Shown piece by piece: positions 9,877-19,376 of a stretch of DNA of 64,000 nt (within the stretch, counting starts at the first letter, position 1; the number at the start of each line of letters is the position of its first letter). Below the pieces are notes generated by a model, which worked only from the letters and a program-made list of their open reading frames with translations, did not search any database and was not told where the DNA came from. Position numbers and translations under genes: made by a program. This DNA comes from an uncultured cyanobacterium (lineage in GTDB: Bacteria > Cyanobacteriota > Cyanobacteriia > Cyanobacteriales > Nostocaceae), in NCBI GenBank assembly GCA_963740315.1, contig CAVUDP010000002.1, positions 1,440,001-1,504,000 of the forward strand. Direction: 5' to 3'.

Positions 9877-10013
9877 CGATACACCCCTGACACTTGTCGT
9901 AAAAACTACTATTTAACCACATCAGTATTTTCTCACGAATGATTCCGGATTGCTATATCAACTATCAACTATCAACTATCAACTATCAACTATCAACTAT
10001 CAACTAACCACTA

Positions 10014-10832
10014 ATGAATTTACAAATTTTTCTAGATATTGCAACTGTTGCAGCGCTGTCTGCTGGTGCTGTTTTGCAAGGTTATTTGGGTAAGGTGGAG
10101 GATAAAACTGCGGAAAAACGTCCTGGGGATTTGGTGACTGCTGCGGATAAAGCTTCGGAAGCTGTGGTTTTAGAAACTTTACGTCGTCATTTTCCCGAAC
10201 ACGCTATTCTTGCTGAGGAATCTGGTAAGTTAGGTAATCAAAATCAAGAATATCTTTGGGCGATCGATCCTTTGGATGGTACAACTAATTTTGCTCACGA
10301 ATATCCGTTTTTCTCGGTTTCGATTGGGCTTTTAATTAATGGTGTTCCGCAAGTTGGTGTAATTTACGACCCTTTTCGCAATGAATTATACCGCGCCGCT
10401 CAAGGTCTGGGAGCAAGTTGTAATCGCCGTCCGATAAGTGTTTCTAAGGCTTCTGAATTAAATAAAAGTTTGTTAGTTACTGGTTTCGCTTATGACCGTC
10501 GGCAAACGAGCGATAACAACTATACAGAATTTTGTCATTTAACTCATTTGACTCAAGGAGTCAGACGTGGTGGTTCGGCTGCGTTGGATTTAGCTCATGT
10601 AGCTTGCGGGCGTTTGGATGGATATTGGGAAAGAGGTCTTTCACCGTGGGATATTACTGCTGGGATAATTATTTTACGGGAAGCTGGTGGTAAGGTGACT
10701 GCTTATGATGGTAGTGATTTCAAGATGGATTCGGGAAGGATTTTAGCTACTAACGGTCATATTCATGAAAGTTTGAGTCGGGAATTGGGTAGAGCTTCTC
10801 AAGTTTGGAAAGTGGAGAAGAAGGGTTCGTAG
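10014..10832 (+). CDS. suhB: inositol monophosphatase family protein
   Basis: DLVTAAD, WAIDPLDGTTNF, GSAALDLAHVACGRLDGYWE and PWDITAG. Confidence 0.92.
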   Translation: MNLQIFLDIATVAALSAGAVLQGYLGKVEDKTAEKRPGDLVTAADKASEAVVLETLRRHFPEHAILAEESGKLGNQNQEYLWAIDPLDGTTNFAHEYPFFSVSIGLLINGVPQVGVIYDPFRNELYRAAQGLGASCNRRPISVSKASELNKSLLVTGFAYDRRQTSDNNYTEFCHLTHLTQGVRRGGSAALDLAHVACGRLDGYWERGLSPWDITAGIIILREAGGKVTAYDGSDFKMDSGRILATNGHIHESLSRELGRASQVWKVEKKGS

Positions 10833-10871
10833 TTGCGCTTCAGCGCTCTCCCTCGAAGTATTTAAGATTTC

Positions 10872-10903
10872 GTAGGGTGTGTTATCGCGCAGCGTAACGC
10901 ACC
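10872..10903. repeat. SDR-type palindromic dispersed repeat GTAGGGTGTGTTA..GCGCAGCGTAACGCACC
   Basis: Related copies at about 14109-14140, 14225-14254, 15168-15196, 26850-26911 and 30787-30817. Confidence 0.8.
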
Positions 10904-10977
10904 ATTAATTTAACATCTTGCACTATTTTCAACAATATATTTATTTATCTCTCGTTATTACCAAAAAATCAATTGCA

Positions 10978-11592
10978 ATGACATTTAGCAATTATAAAAG
11001 TATTAGTGCGGTTCTTAAAAAGTTTCAGATAAAATACGTGCAAACTAACTTTATGCTGGAAGTTGAATTTCCAGTTAAAGACTCATTTAGAGAAGAATTA
11101 GATTTATTATTTACAGATGGAGTTGTTGATAATTCGGAAGATGCTATTTGTGAAAATCTTATTTATCCAATTTTAAAAGAAGTTTGGAAACTTTATCGAG
11201 ATAAATTAACGCTTTGGAGTCATCAATCATTAACTTATGATGAAGATTTATCAGGCGTTCCAGACTATACAGTAGCGCAAAGAAATCCTCTCTCTACAAT
11301 TATTTTTGATAAACCTTATTTTTTGACAGTTGAAGCTAAACAAGACAAATTTGAAGAAGGTTGGAGTCAGTGTTTAGCAGAGATGATAGCGGTACAGCGA
11401 ATAAATAATGACTTAGATAACGATATATTTGGTATTGTGTCTAATGGTAAAATCTGGCAATTTGGCAAGCTGAATTCACAACTCTTTACGAGAAATAAAA
11501 ATTTGTATGTCATTCAGGATTTAGATAAGTTATTTGCAGCAGTAAATTATATTTTTCAACAGTGTGAATTAAAAGTAAAACTAAATTTGTAA
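10978..11592 (+). CDS. hypothetical protein, restriction-endonuclease-like (PD-(D/E)xK) fold
   Basis: LSGVPDY...TVEAKQ...QCLAEM...FGIVSNGKIWQF pattern. The ORF track starts at TTG 10918; ATG 10978 is more likely. Confidence 0.65.
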   Translation: MTFSNYKSISAVLKKFQIKYVQTNFMLEVEFPVKDSFREELDLLFTDGVVDNSEDAICENLIYPILKEVWKLYRDKLTLWSHQSLTYDEDLSGVPDYTVAQRNPLSTIIFDKPYFLTVEAKQDKFEEGWSQCLAEMIAVQRINNDLDNDIFGIVSNGKIWQFGKLNSQLFTRNKNLYVIQDLDKLFAAVNYIFQQCELKVKLNL

Positions 11593-12861
11593 AAATTGAC
11601 GATATAAATTACAGCGCGGACATACATTATCACCTTGTATTTTTATCAATCCGATACTGTGTAATTTAAATTTAGTTACTGTAGAGAATGTAGCATTACT
11701 GTTATTAACTATATCTTTCATAGCCTCTGCTAATTCCGGTTGTTGCGTCAGAATTAAACTTTGGCGGCGTAAATGTTCGGCGTAAATACTATTACTATTT
11801 GTAGCGTTTTCTAGTATTTGAATTAAGCTAACATTCCCGCTAGCAATATGATAAAGAGCAAGACGTATTAAAAAGGGATGTCCGCCCACTAAATTCATGA
11901 TTTTATCAACTTCGGTATCGTTCCAATTGAGATGATGTCTTTGCGCTAAATCTAAAATTTGATTGCTATTAAATTCAGGTAATTCTATCGATAAACCAAC
12001 ATTAAACGGCGATTGATTGATATCGAGGGGAACGTAAACCTCTGTAGAATGTACAATTATTAATTGCAGCTTTTTCCAAATTTCTCTTCGTTTACCTTCT
12101 TCATGTAAAGCCCGCAGCAATCCAAAAAAATCTCGATAAATTTCTGGATATTCAAAAACTTTATCAACCTCATCTAAACCAAGAGTAAGCGGTTTATTAA
12201 TCGTTGGTAATAGGTATTCCTCAAAATAAGCTTTGCAAGCCATACTGCTACCAACAATTTCAGCTAAATCCCAATATTCATTAATTTTATTTGGGATATT
12301 TAAAGCTAAACCGATGCTGGCACAAAACCAGCGTAAAAATTTATCTGAATTAATAAAAATCTGCTGCGCTGCCAGTTGAAAATCTAAAGTTACAGTACTA
12401 TCACCTTGAGATTGCGACTTATCAATAATTCTTGCTAGAAGCGAAGTTTTACCCATTTGTCTGGGTGCTTTGATTCTAATTAAACAACCGGGTTGGTTGA
12501 TTTGTTCGTAACATCGTTCTTCCACTGGCGATCGCACAACATAAAATGGCGAATCTAAGGCTACTTGCCCGGATGGATGTTCGAGAAAAGGAAATGGAGA
12601 GTCTTGAATATTCTTGCTATCTTGCTCTTTGCTAAACTCTGGTGTTAAATCCGCGATATCTTGCCATTCCAAACTTAAAGCACGACAAATTTCTCTAAAA
12701 TTCAAATAATCTACAGCTTTACCGTTAAGAAAACTGCTGATAGTAGATTGAGAAACTTGTAAATATTCAGCTAAATCGGTTTGACGAATATAACCATTAC
12801 GAGGTAGAGCAGACTTTACCTTTGAGATAAATTCAGAACGTACTTTAACTGAACGTGGCAT
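11581..12861 (-). CDS. XRE-type HTH plus AAA_35 (AAA-like) NTPase
   Basis: QTDLAEYLQVSQSTISSFLNG HTH; SPFYVVR; Walker A APRQMGKTS; Walker B LGLDEVD; SPFNVG; VGGHPFL. Confidence 0.88.
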   Translation of the reverse strand: MPRSVKVRSEFISKVKSALPRNGYIRQTDLAEYLQVSQSTISSFLNGKAVDYLNFREICRALSLEWQDIADLTPEFSKEQDSKNIQDSPFPFLEHPSGQVALDSPFYVVRSPVEERCYEQINQPGCLIRIKAPRQMGKTSLLARIIDKSQSQGDSTVTLDFQLAAQQIFINSDKFLRWFCASIGLALNIPNKINEYWDLAEIVGSSMACKAYFEEYLLPTINKPLTLGLDEVDKVFEYPEIYRDFFGLLRALHEEGKRREIWKKLQLIIVHSTEVYVPLDINQSPFNVGLSIELPEFNSNQILDLAQRHHLNWNDTEVDKIMNLVGGHPFLIRLALYHIASGNVSLIQILENATNSNSIYAEHLRRQSLILTQQPELAEAMKDIVNNSNATFSTVTKFKLHSIGLIKIQGDNVCPRCNLYRQFLQI

Positions 12862-12996
12862 ATTTTGATATTGCAACTGCTAGATTTATTTGGCAGAAAT
12901 TTAAAAATATTCAATCTCGTTACAAAGTCGATACGAACTCAATATACTCCTATGTAAACTCAAATATCGTTGGGGTTAAATGAGATTAGTAATCAA

Positions 12997-13052
12997 GGTT
13001 CGTAGTCAGGGCTTTAGCCCTTCCGGAGAGGACTAAAGTCCTTACTACAAAC
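12997..13052. repeat. palindromic dispersed repeat (GGTTCGTAGT...CTTTAG / CTAAAG..CTTACTACRAAC family)
   Basis: Related copies at about 10824-10847, 49523-49581 and 63820-63865. Confidence 0.75.
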
Positions 13053-13086
13053 AATTCTACAGAAAATCTTCTCTAATTAAACAATT

Positions 13087-14106
13087 ATGAAATTCCCATT
13101 CTCTATACCTTCCGTATTAGCTCATACATCATCTATTTTGCTGCTAGGTTTTTCTCTACCATTAGTTACACCAATCCTAGCTTCTAATAATCCGAATGAA
13201 TGCAAAATTCCTAAGCCACCACAATCTAATACAGTAGATGACTTCATAAGAATGGGACTCTTTCAAATGGGGTGCGAAAAAGACTCACAAGCTGCAATTT
13301 CTTCTTACACCCAAGCAATTAAACTGAATCCTCAAGTTGTAGCTCCCTACTATGTACGTGCAAATGCTTACTATAAAATTGGGAATTACAAAGCCGCAGT
13401 AGCAGACTATACCGAAGTAATTAATATAAATACAGGTAGATTGGATTCGAGTGACGCTGCATATTTGAACAGGGCTAGGGCTTATGAAAAATTAGGTGAA
13501 AAACAAAAAGCAATTTCAGATTTGACTGAATACATTCGTGATAGTGGTTCCTCTGCTAAGGCTGGGGCTGAGACTTATATTTACAGAGCTAATTTGTATC
13601 GGGATTTGGGAGATAAAAATAATGCTATTCAAGATTACAAAGTAGCAGATAAAATCTTGCGAGAAGATTTCAATATGGTTTTTGCGATTAGTGGTATAGA
13701 TTCCATGTATCAAGAAATGATGGATAAAGTTAGAACTGAATTATCACAACTAGGGGTATCAGTTCCAGAACCGGATCTTACCACTGCAAAAATTTTAAAA
13801 TCAATTGCTGAAGTAGAAGTTGAGCGAGCATTAAATTCAGTAAACTATAATCCTCAACACCCAATGATTCAGCAGTTTGATGCTCAACTTCAGGACTTAT
13901 ATAAACAACTTGAAAATACACAAGCACAGCCAGTTGAAGGAATAGAAAAAGGCATAATATCGAATGTTGCTCGTGTAAAAATCCAACATTTGAAAGTAAT
14001 GCGATCGCAACTTACAAAAAAGTTTACTGCAACGCATCCCGAAAGAATTTTCATTAATAGTCAAATAGAGCAATTACAAGATTTAATTAGCCGTAATAGG
14101 AAGTAA
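13087..14106 (+). CDS. secreted TPR-repeat protein, paralogue 1
   Basis: N-terminal signal-like segment, TPR motifs (YYVRANAYYKIGNYKAAVADY and others) and a C-terminal helical region with two HP turns. Confidence 0.85.
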   Translation: MKFPFSIPSVLAHTSSILLLGFSLPLVTPILASNNPNECKIPKPPQSNTVDDFIRMGLFQMGCEKDSQAAISSYTQAIKLNPQVVAPYYVRANAYYKIGNYKAAVADYTEVININTGRLDSSDAAYLNRARAYEKLGEKQKAISDLTEYIRDSGSSAKAGAETYIYRANLYRDLGDKNNAIQDYKVADKILREDFNMVFAISGIDSMYQEMMDKVRTELSQLGVSVPEPDLTTAKILKSIAEVEVERALNSVNYNPQHPMIQQFDAQLQDLYKQLENTQAQPVEGIEKGIISNVARVKIQHLKVMRSQLTKKFTATHPERIFINSQIEQLQDLISRNRK

Positions 14107-14271
14107 TTGTAGGGTGTGTTACCGCGCAGCGTAACGCACCATCAAAAATCTTAGTTGTCTAATGCTTTTCTTATATGAATAACTCCCTCTAAACATTTAC
14201 TTTATTTTTCGAGATAATTAAATTGGTGCGTTACGAGTACGATAACGCACCCTACAAAAGATTACATAATA

Positions 14272-15171
14272 ATGAAATTTACATTCTCTATAACTTCTAT
14301 AATTGCTCATACATCATCTATTTTATTTCTAGGTTTTTCTATACCGTTACTTGCACAAATTTCAGCCCCCGATGATTTTCATGTATGTAAAATCGTAAAT
14401 CCAAAAACTTTTGATTCAGCAGAGAACATCTTGAAGATAGTAGGAGTTCCAAAAAGGTGCTTTGGTTACATACTCAACCAACATCAAAAAGCTGTGTTGA
14501 GCCAGGAAAAAAGAAATTACTACGACAAAGCTATAGCTTATGAAAAATCTGGTGAAAAACGAAAAGCAATTTTAAATTTGAATAAATACATTGATGATAA
14601 TGATTTGGTTAATACTGAAGCTTATATTCGTCGAGCTAATCTGTATCGAGATTTAGGAGATAAAGAAAACGCTATTAAAGATTATAAAGTAGCAGATAAA
14701 ATCTTGCAGCAAGAGTTAAATGGGGTTTTTGGAAATGGTCATATGGAAGGAATTAGTAAAGAAAGATTAGATAAAGTTAGGACTATTTTATCACAATTAG
14801 GGGTATCGCTTCCGGAGCCTAATCTTACTACTGCCGATATTTTAAAATCAATCGCCAAAATAGAAGTAGAAAAAGCAATAAATTCAGCAAGATTATCACC
14901 TCAACATCCAATGATTCAAGATTTTGAAGTTAAACTTGAGGATTTATATAAACAATTTGAAAATACGCAACCGCAGCCATATAAAGGCACAGTTAAAAGC
15001 CTAATAAATAATGCTGCTTATCAAAAAATGGAAGATTTGAAAGTACAAAAATCGCAGCTATCAAAAAGGTATAGTCCAGTTCATCCAGAAATAGTATTAA
15101 TTAGCGATCGCATAAAACAATTAGAAGCCTTAATTAGCAAAAATAGATATAGGATTTCTTCTAAATTGTAG
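14272..15171 (+). CDS. secreted TPR-repeat protein, paralogue 2
   Basis: Near-identical N-terminus (AHTSSIL.LGFS.PL) and C-terminal two-thirds to 13087-14106, with fewer TPRs. Confidence 0.85.
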   Translation: MKFTFSITSIIAHTSSILFLGFSIPLLAQISAPDDFHVCKIVNPKTFDSAENILKIVGVPKRCFGYILNQHQKAVLSQEKRNYYDKAIAYEKSGEKRKAILNLNKYIDDNDLVNTEAYIRRANLYRDLGDKENAIKDYKVADKILQQELNGVFGNGHMEGISKERLDKVRTILSQLGVSLPEPNLTTADILKSIAKIEVEKAINSARLSPQHPMIQDFEVKLEDLYKQFENTQPQPYKGTVKSLINNAAYQKMEDLKVQKSQLSKRYSPVHPEIVLISDRIKQLEALISKNRYRISSKL

Positions 15172-15208
15172 GGTTTGTTAGCGCAGCGTAACGCACTTTT
15201 CGGCACCA

Positions 15209-15410
15209 CCGGGGAATGCAATTCCCCGTCTAATAGCAAAAGTCCTATAAATAGGACTAATAAAGGCTTTTAGTGCGTTTTAACGTACTTTGTATATTGG
15301 TTCCTGGGAATTTATTCCAAGGCGGATTTTGGGGATTAATGAGAATGATACATTCCAGTCCATTTTAATGGACTTCTGCTATTAGCTGGGGGTTTGCAAC
15401 CCCTAGCGGA
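15209..15410. repeat. REP/MITE-like cluster of short palindromes
   Basis: CGGGGAAT-GCA-ATTCCCCG, AGTCCTAT-AA-ATAGGACT, AGTCCATT-TT-AATGGACT, and CTAATAGCA / TGCTATTAG in inverted arrangement. Confidence 0.6.
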
Positions 15411-15455
15411 TATGAACGCAAAACAATAATTTATCTTACTATTCCCTACTTTAAA

Positions 15456-18400
15456 ATGAACAACAATTTTTCTTACAAAGTTGGTGGAAGCCTGACGGAA
15501 GATGCTCCCAGCTATGTAGTTAGAAAAGCAGATTTTGACCTTTACAAAGAACTGAAAGCAGGCAACTTTTGCTATATTTTCAATTCCCGACAAATGGGTA
15601 AAACCAGCTTACAAGTTCGCACCATCAAACGATTGCAAAGTGAAGGAATTGCTTGTACAACAATTGATATTTCTGGAAGGGGTAGTAAAGATATAAATCC
15701 AGAACAGTGGTATGCGGGAATTGTTTATACGTTAGTTGCTAATTTTGGCATAGCTAACCCCAGCGAATTTATTAGAACAACGTGGAAACAAAACAGCGAA
15801 TTATCTCCGTTGCAACGTTTGGATATATTTATTGAAGAAATTTTATTAGAAAAAATTAAATCTAAAATAGTTATTTTTATTGATGAAATCGATAGTATTT
15901 TAAGCTTAAACTTTCCCTGCGATGATTTTTTCTCTTGGATTAGAAGCTGTTATGAAAAACGTAATTTTAACAAAGAGTTTAATAGAATTACTTTTGTACT
16001 TTTGGGAGTAGCGACACCCAGCGATTTAATCGCAGATAAAGTTAGAACACCTTTTAATATTGGTAGTGCAATTCAAGTTAATGGTTTTCAAATAGATGAA
16101 GTTTCACCTTTAGCAGCAGGTTTTAAAGAAATTGAAAATTCCCAAGCTGTTTTACAAGAAGTTTTAGATTGGACGGGAGGACAACCGTTACTTACACAGA
16201 AATTATGCGATTTATTAGCAATTTTTCCGCAATTAACAAGTCAAGATGTAAAAAAGATTGTCAGACAAAAGATAATTGAAAATTGGGAATCTTTTGACGA
16301 ACCACCGCACTTAAAAACCATCAAAGACCGGATTTTAAGAAGCAAACATAATACAGGTGCATTGCTTGGTTTATATCAGAAACTTTTACAGCTAGGACAA
16401 ATATCCGCTGATGATAGTCCAGAACAAATCGAATTACGGCTATCTGGTTTAGTTGTAGAAAATCAAGGGTATTTAAGAGTTTACAACCGTATTTACGCAA
16501 CAGTATTTGATTTGAATTGGGTAGAGAAAGAACTTATGAATTTAAGACCATATTCAGAAGCATTATCAGCTTGGGTTGCTTCAAATTTTCAAGATGATTC
16601 TAGATTATTGCGCGGGAAAGCATTAAAAGACGCAAATATTTGGGCTGCGGATAAAAGTTTGAGTAAACAAGATTATCAGTTTTTAAATGCTAGTCAGGAA
16701 TTGGAAAAACAAGAAATAACTACCGCTTTATCTCTTCAAGAAGAAGAAAGTCGTATTTTAGCACAAGCAAACGATACCTTAACTACAGCACAATATAAAG
16801 CTAAACGACAAATTCGTATTGGTGGTGGAGTTCTTATTTGTTCACTTATCGGAGCTATGATTGCTTTTATAGGAGCAAATCATCAATTACAAGAAGCTCA
16901 AGAAGGTACAAAATTAGAACGAGCAGGAAATGCAGCGTTAAAACTGTTTGAAACCAAACAAATTGAATCTTTAGTAACAGCAATTGATGCAGGGCAACAG
17001 TTAAAAAAACTTGTCAAAGATGGACGTTCTATAGAAAAATATCCTGCAACTAGTCCGCTTTTAGCTTTGCAAACAATAACTAATAATATCCGCGAAGTAA
17101 AGCAATTTGCAACTCATCAAGATAATATTACAAGTGTGAATTGGAGCCATGATGGAAAGTTTTTGATTACTGGTTCCACAGATAAAACCGCTCGAATTTG
17201 GGATACGTCAGGTAAGTTGATAGTTCCACTTAAAGGACATCAAGGAGGAGTATATAGTGCTAGCTTTAGTAGCGATGACAAGTATACGATCACCAAGTCA
17301 GATGATAAAACAGTTCGTATCTGGGACTTTTCAGGAAAACAATTAGCGATAATAAAACATCAAGAATGGGTAAATAGTGCCAGTTTTAGTCCAGATGGTA
17401 AAAGTGTAATTACTATTTCTCAACAACCACAAATTGAAACAATTGTAAATGGAAAAAGTGTAGTTAGTGGCTCTAATGAAGCAATAGTTCGTATCTGGGA
17501 TTTATCGGGTAATTTATTACTACAACTTAAAGATACAGTTAATACTGCTAGTTTTAGTCCAGATGGTAAATATATTCTGACTGCTTCTAATGATAAAACA
17601 GCCCGGATTTGGGATACTTCGGGTAAATTAGTACAAACATTCACGGGACATTCAAAAGCTGTTACAAGTGCTTATTGGAGTCCAAATGGTAAATATATTT
17701 TAACTAACTCTAATGATTCCTATGTTTGGGATATTTCAGGTAAACAAATCGCACGATTTCAAGTAGATAACCGTTCAGGGAATGGGGATGCTGGTTTTAG
17801 TCCCGATAGCCAACGTATCTTTGTAGCTACATCTGAGAAAACTCATGTTTGGGATTTATCTGGTAGGCTAATTAGGGAAATAAAAAATCAAAAAGAATTG
17901 AATAGCGGTGCAGAATTTAGTCCAGATGGTAAGCAATTTTTTACCACCGACGACACTATAAAAGTATGGGATATAAGAGATGGTGCTGCAAAAGCATGGG
18001 ATTTATCTGCTGATTTAATCGCTGAATTAGCAGGAGATCAAAGAAGTCCCCGTTGGAGTCCTGATGGTAAACATATTGTTACTTATGGATTTGATAGAAA
18101 CGTTCGTATCTGGAATTTATCTGATGAAATACCAGTAGTTACAGCAAATATTAATTCAAAAGATAAAATTAATGGAGCAAGTTGGAGTCCAGATGGTAAA
18201 TATGTAGTTACCCCAACTTGGAAATCTGTATTACTTTGGGATAAGTTTGGTAAGCAGTTAGCAAGATTTCAAGGACATTCAGGTATAGTTAGTAGCGCTA
18301 ACTTTAGTCCTGATGGGAAAAAAATTGTCACAGCATCAGTCGATAAAACTGTTCGCGTTTGGGATACGTTAGGTAAACAGTTATTATTGCTTTCCGGACA

Positions 18401-19211
18401 TGAAAAGGGATTAGATTATGCTGCTTTTAGTCCAGATGGCAAGCATATTTTAACTACAACTTACGATGGTAAATCAAGAATTTGGTCGGATACGGGAAAG
18501 TTAATCTCTACATTCAAAGCTAGAGGTATGACTTGGAGTCCTAATAGTAAATATATTATTGCTAAATTTGATTATGACGGCAAAAATTATTCTAGTTTGT
18601 GGAATATTTCAGGAGAAAAAATAGTAGAGTTTCCAGCAAGTGAATATAGTTATCTTGGTGCTAGCTTTAGTCCAGATGGGGAACGTATTGTTGCAAGTAA
18701 TGGAAGAATAGCAACCATTTGGAATACATCTGGTCAAAAGTTATCAGAAATTAAAGCAAATCAAGATATTTTTAGCCCTAGTTTTAGTCCAGATGGAAAA
18801 CGAATTATTGCGACTTCCACAAACAATACGGCAATTATTTGGGATACGAATGGCAAACAATTAGTTGAAATACCTCATCAAGCTCCGGTTGTTTACGCTA
18901 AATTTAGCCCGGATGGTAAGCGTATCCTCACAGCTTCAAAGGACAAGAAATTTCATATTTGGGATACTTCAGGTAAGCAGCTTGCAGAATATAAGTATTC
19001 ATCTACTTTCATAACGGAAGCAAAATTCAGCCCGGATGGTAAATACATACTCGCGCACATTCAAGGCAATCAACCTCAAGGAAATGAGGTGTTAATTTGG
19101 CAGATTGATGATTTAGATGGATTATTAACAAGCGGATGCGATTGGTTAAAAGATTATTTGAATAGTAATCCTCAAGTACGGGAAAAATTAAAGGTTTGTC
19201 GAAGTAAGTAA
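15456..19211 (+). CDS. AAA_35 NTPase, transmembrane helix and WD40 beta-propeller(s)
   Basis: YVVRKAD, NSRQMGKTS, VIFIDEIDS, TPFNIG, WTGGQP; hydrophobic segment IGGGVLICSLIGAMIAFIGA; about 15 FSPDG...IWD repeats. Confidence 0.92.
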   Translation: MNNNFSYKVGGSLTEDAPSYVVRKADFDLYKELKAGNFCYIFNSRQMGKTSLQVRTIKRLQSEGIACTTIDISGRGSKDINPEQWYAGIVYTLVANFGIANPSEFIRTTWKQNSELSPLQRLDIFIEEILLEKIKSKIVIFIDEIDSILSLNFPCDDFFSWIRSCYEKRNFNKEFNRITFVLLGVATPSDLIADKVRTPFNIGSAIQVNGFQIDEVSPLAAGFKEIENSQAVLQEVLDWTGGQPLLTQKLCDLLAIFPQLTSQDVKKIVRQKIIENWESFDEPPHLKTIKDRILRSKHNTGALLGLYQKLLQLGQISADDSPEQIELRLSGLVVENQGYLRVYNRIYATVFDLNWVEKELMNLRPYSEALSAWVASNFQDDSRLLRGKALKDANIWAADKSLSKQDYQFLNASQELEKQEITTALSLQEEESRILAQANDTLTTAQYKAKRQIRIGGGVLICSLIGAMIAFIGANHQLQEAQEGTKLERAGNAALKLFETKQIESLVTAIDAGQQLKKLVKDGRSIEKYPATSPLLALQTITNNIREVKQFATHQDNITSVNWSHDGKFLITGSTDKTARIWDTSGKLIVPLKGHQGGVYSASFSSDDKYTITKSDDKTVRIWDFSGKQLAIIKHQEWVNSASFSPDGKSVITISQQPQIETIVNGKSVVSGSNEAIVRIWDLSGNLLLQLKDTVNTASFSPDGKYILTASNDKTARIWDTSGKLVQTFTGHSKAVTSAYWSPNGKYILTNSNDSYVWDISGKQIARFQVDNRSGNGDAGFSPDSQRIFVATSEKTHVWDLSGRLIREIKNQKELNSGAEFSPDGKQFFTTDDTIKVWDIRDGAAKAWDLSADLIAELAGDQRSPRWSPDGKHIVTYGFDRNVRIWNLSDEIPVVTANINSKDKINGASWSPDGKYVVTPTWKSVLLWDKFGKQLARFQGHSGIVSSANFSPDGKKIVTASVDKTVRVWDTLGKQLLLLSGHEKGLDYAAFSPDGKHILTTTYDGKSRIWSDTGKLISTFKARGMTWSPNSKYIIAKFDYDGKNYSSLWNISGEKIVEFPASEYSYLGASFSPDGERIVASNGRIATIWNTSGQKLSEIKANQDIFSPSFSPDGKRIIATSTNNTAIIWDTNGKQLVEIPHQAPVVYAKFSPDGKRILTASKDKKFHIWDTSGKQLAEYKYSSTFITEAKFSPDGKYILAHIQGNQPQGNEVLIWQIDDLDGLLTSGCDWLKDYLNSNPQVREKLKVCRSK

Positions 19212-19236
19212 GTGACCGAATTTTTTGAGAATTCCT

Positions 19237-19352
19237 CTCGTTCCCATGCTCCGCGTGGGAACCTATTCTTAGAGGCTCTGCCTCACAATCAAACGATCAA
19301 ATGAAGGCGGAGCCTTCAGCCACTGCGTTACTAGCCAGAGACTAGTAACGAG
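19237..19352. repeat. REP/MITE-like nested palindromic element
   Basis: CTCGTTCCCA...TGGGAAC, AGGCTCTGCCTC ... AAGGCGGAGCCT and CGTTACTAG...CTAGTAACGAG, between convergent genes. Confidence 0.7.
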
Positions 19353-19376
19353 AAAAAACCTTAAAAAATCCTCTTC

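Larger units (their letters stand above)
8810..9955 (-). mobile_element. IS630-family insertion sequence (inactivated)
   Basis: 28-bp imperfect terminal inverted repeats: TAGCAATCCTGAATGATTCATGAGAAAA versus TAGCAATCCGGAATCATTCGTGAGAAAA. TA duplication at 8808-9 and 9956-7, inside a (TCAACTA)n array. Confidence 0.92.

Noticed and set aside
13087..15171. TPR paralogues as the template/variable pair of a diversity-generating retroelement
   Set aside because: No reverse transcriptase is in the window, and the differences are not confined to adenines.
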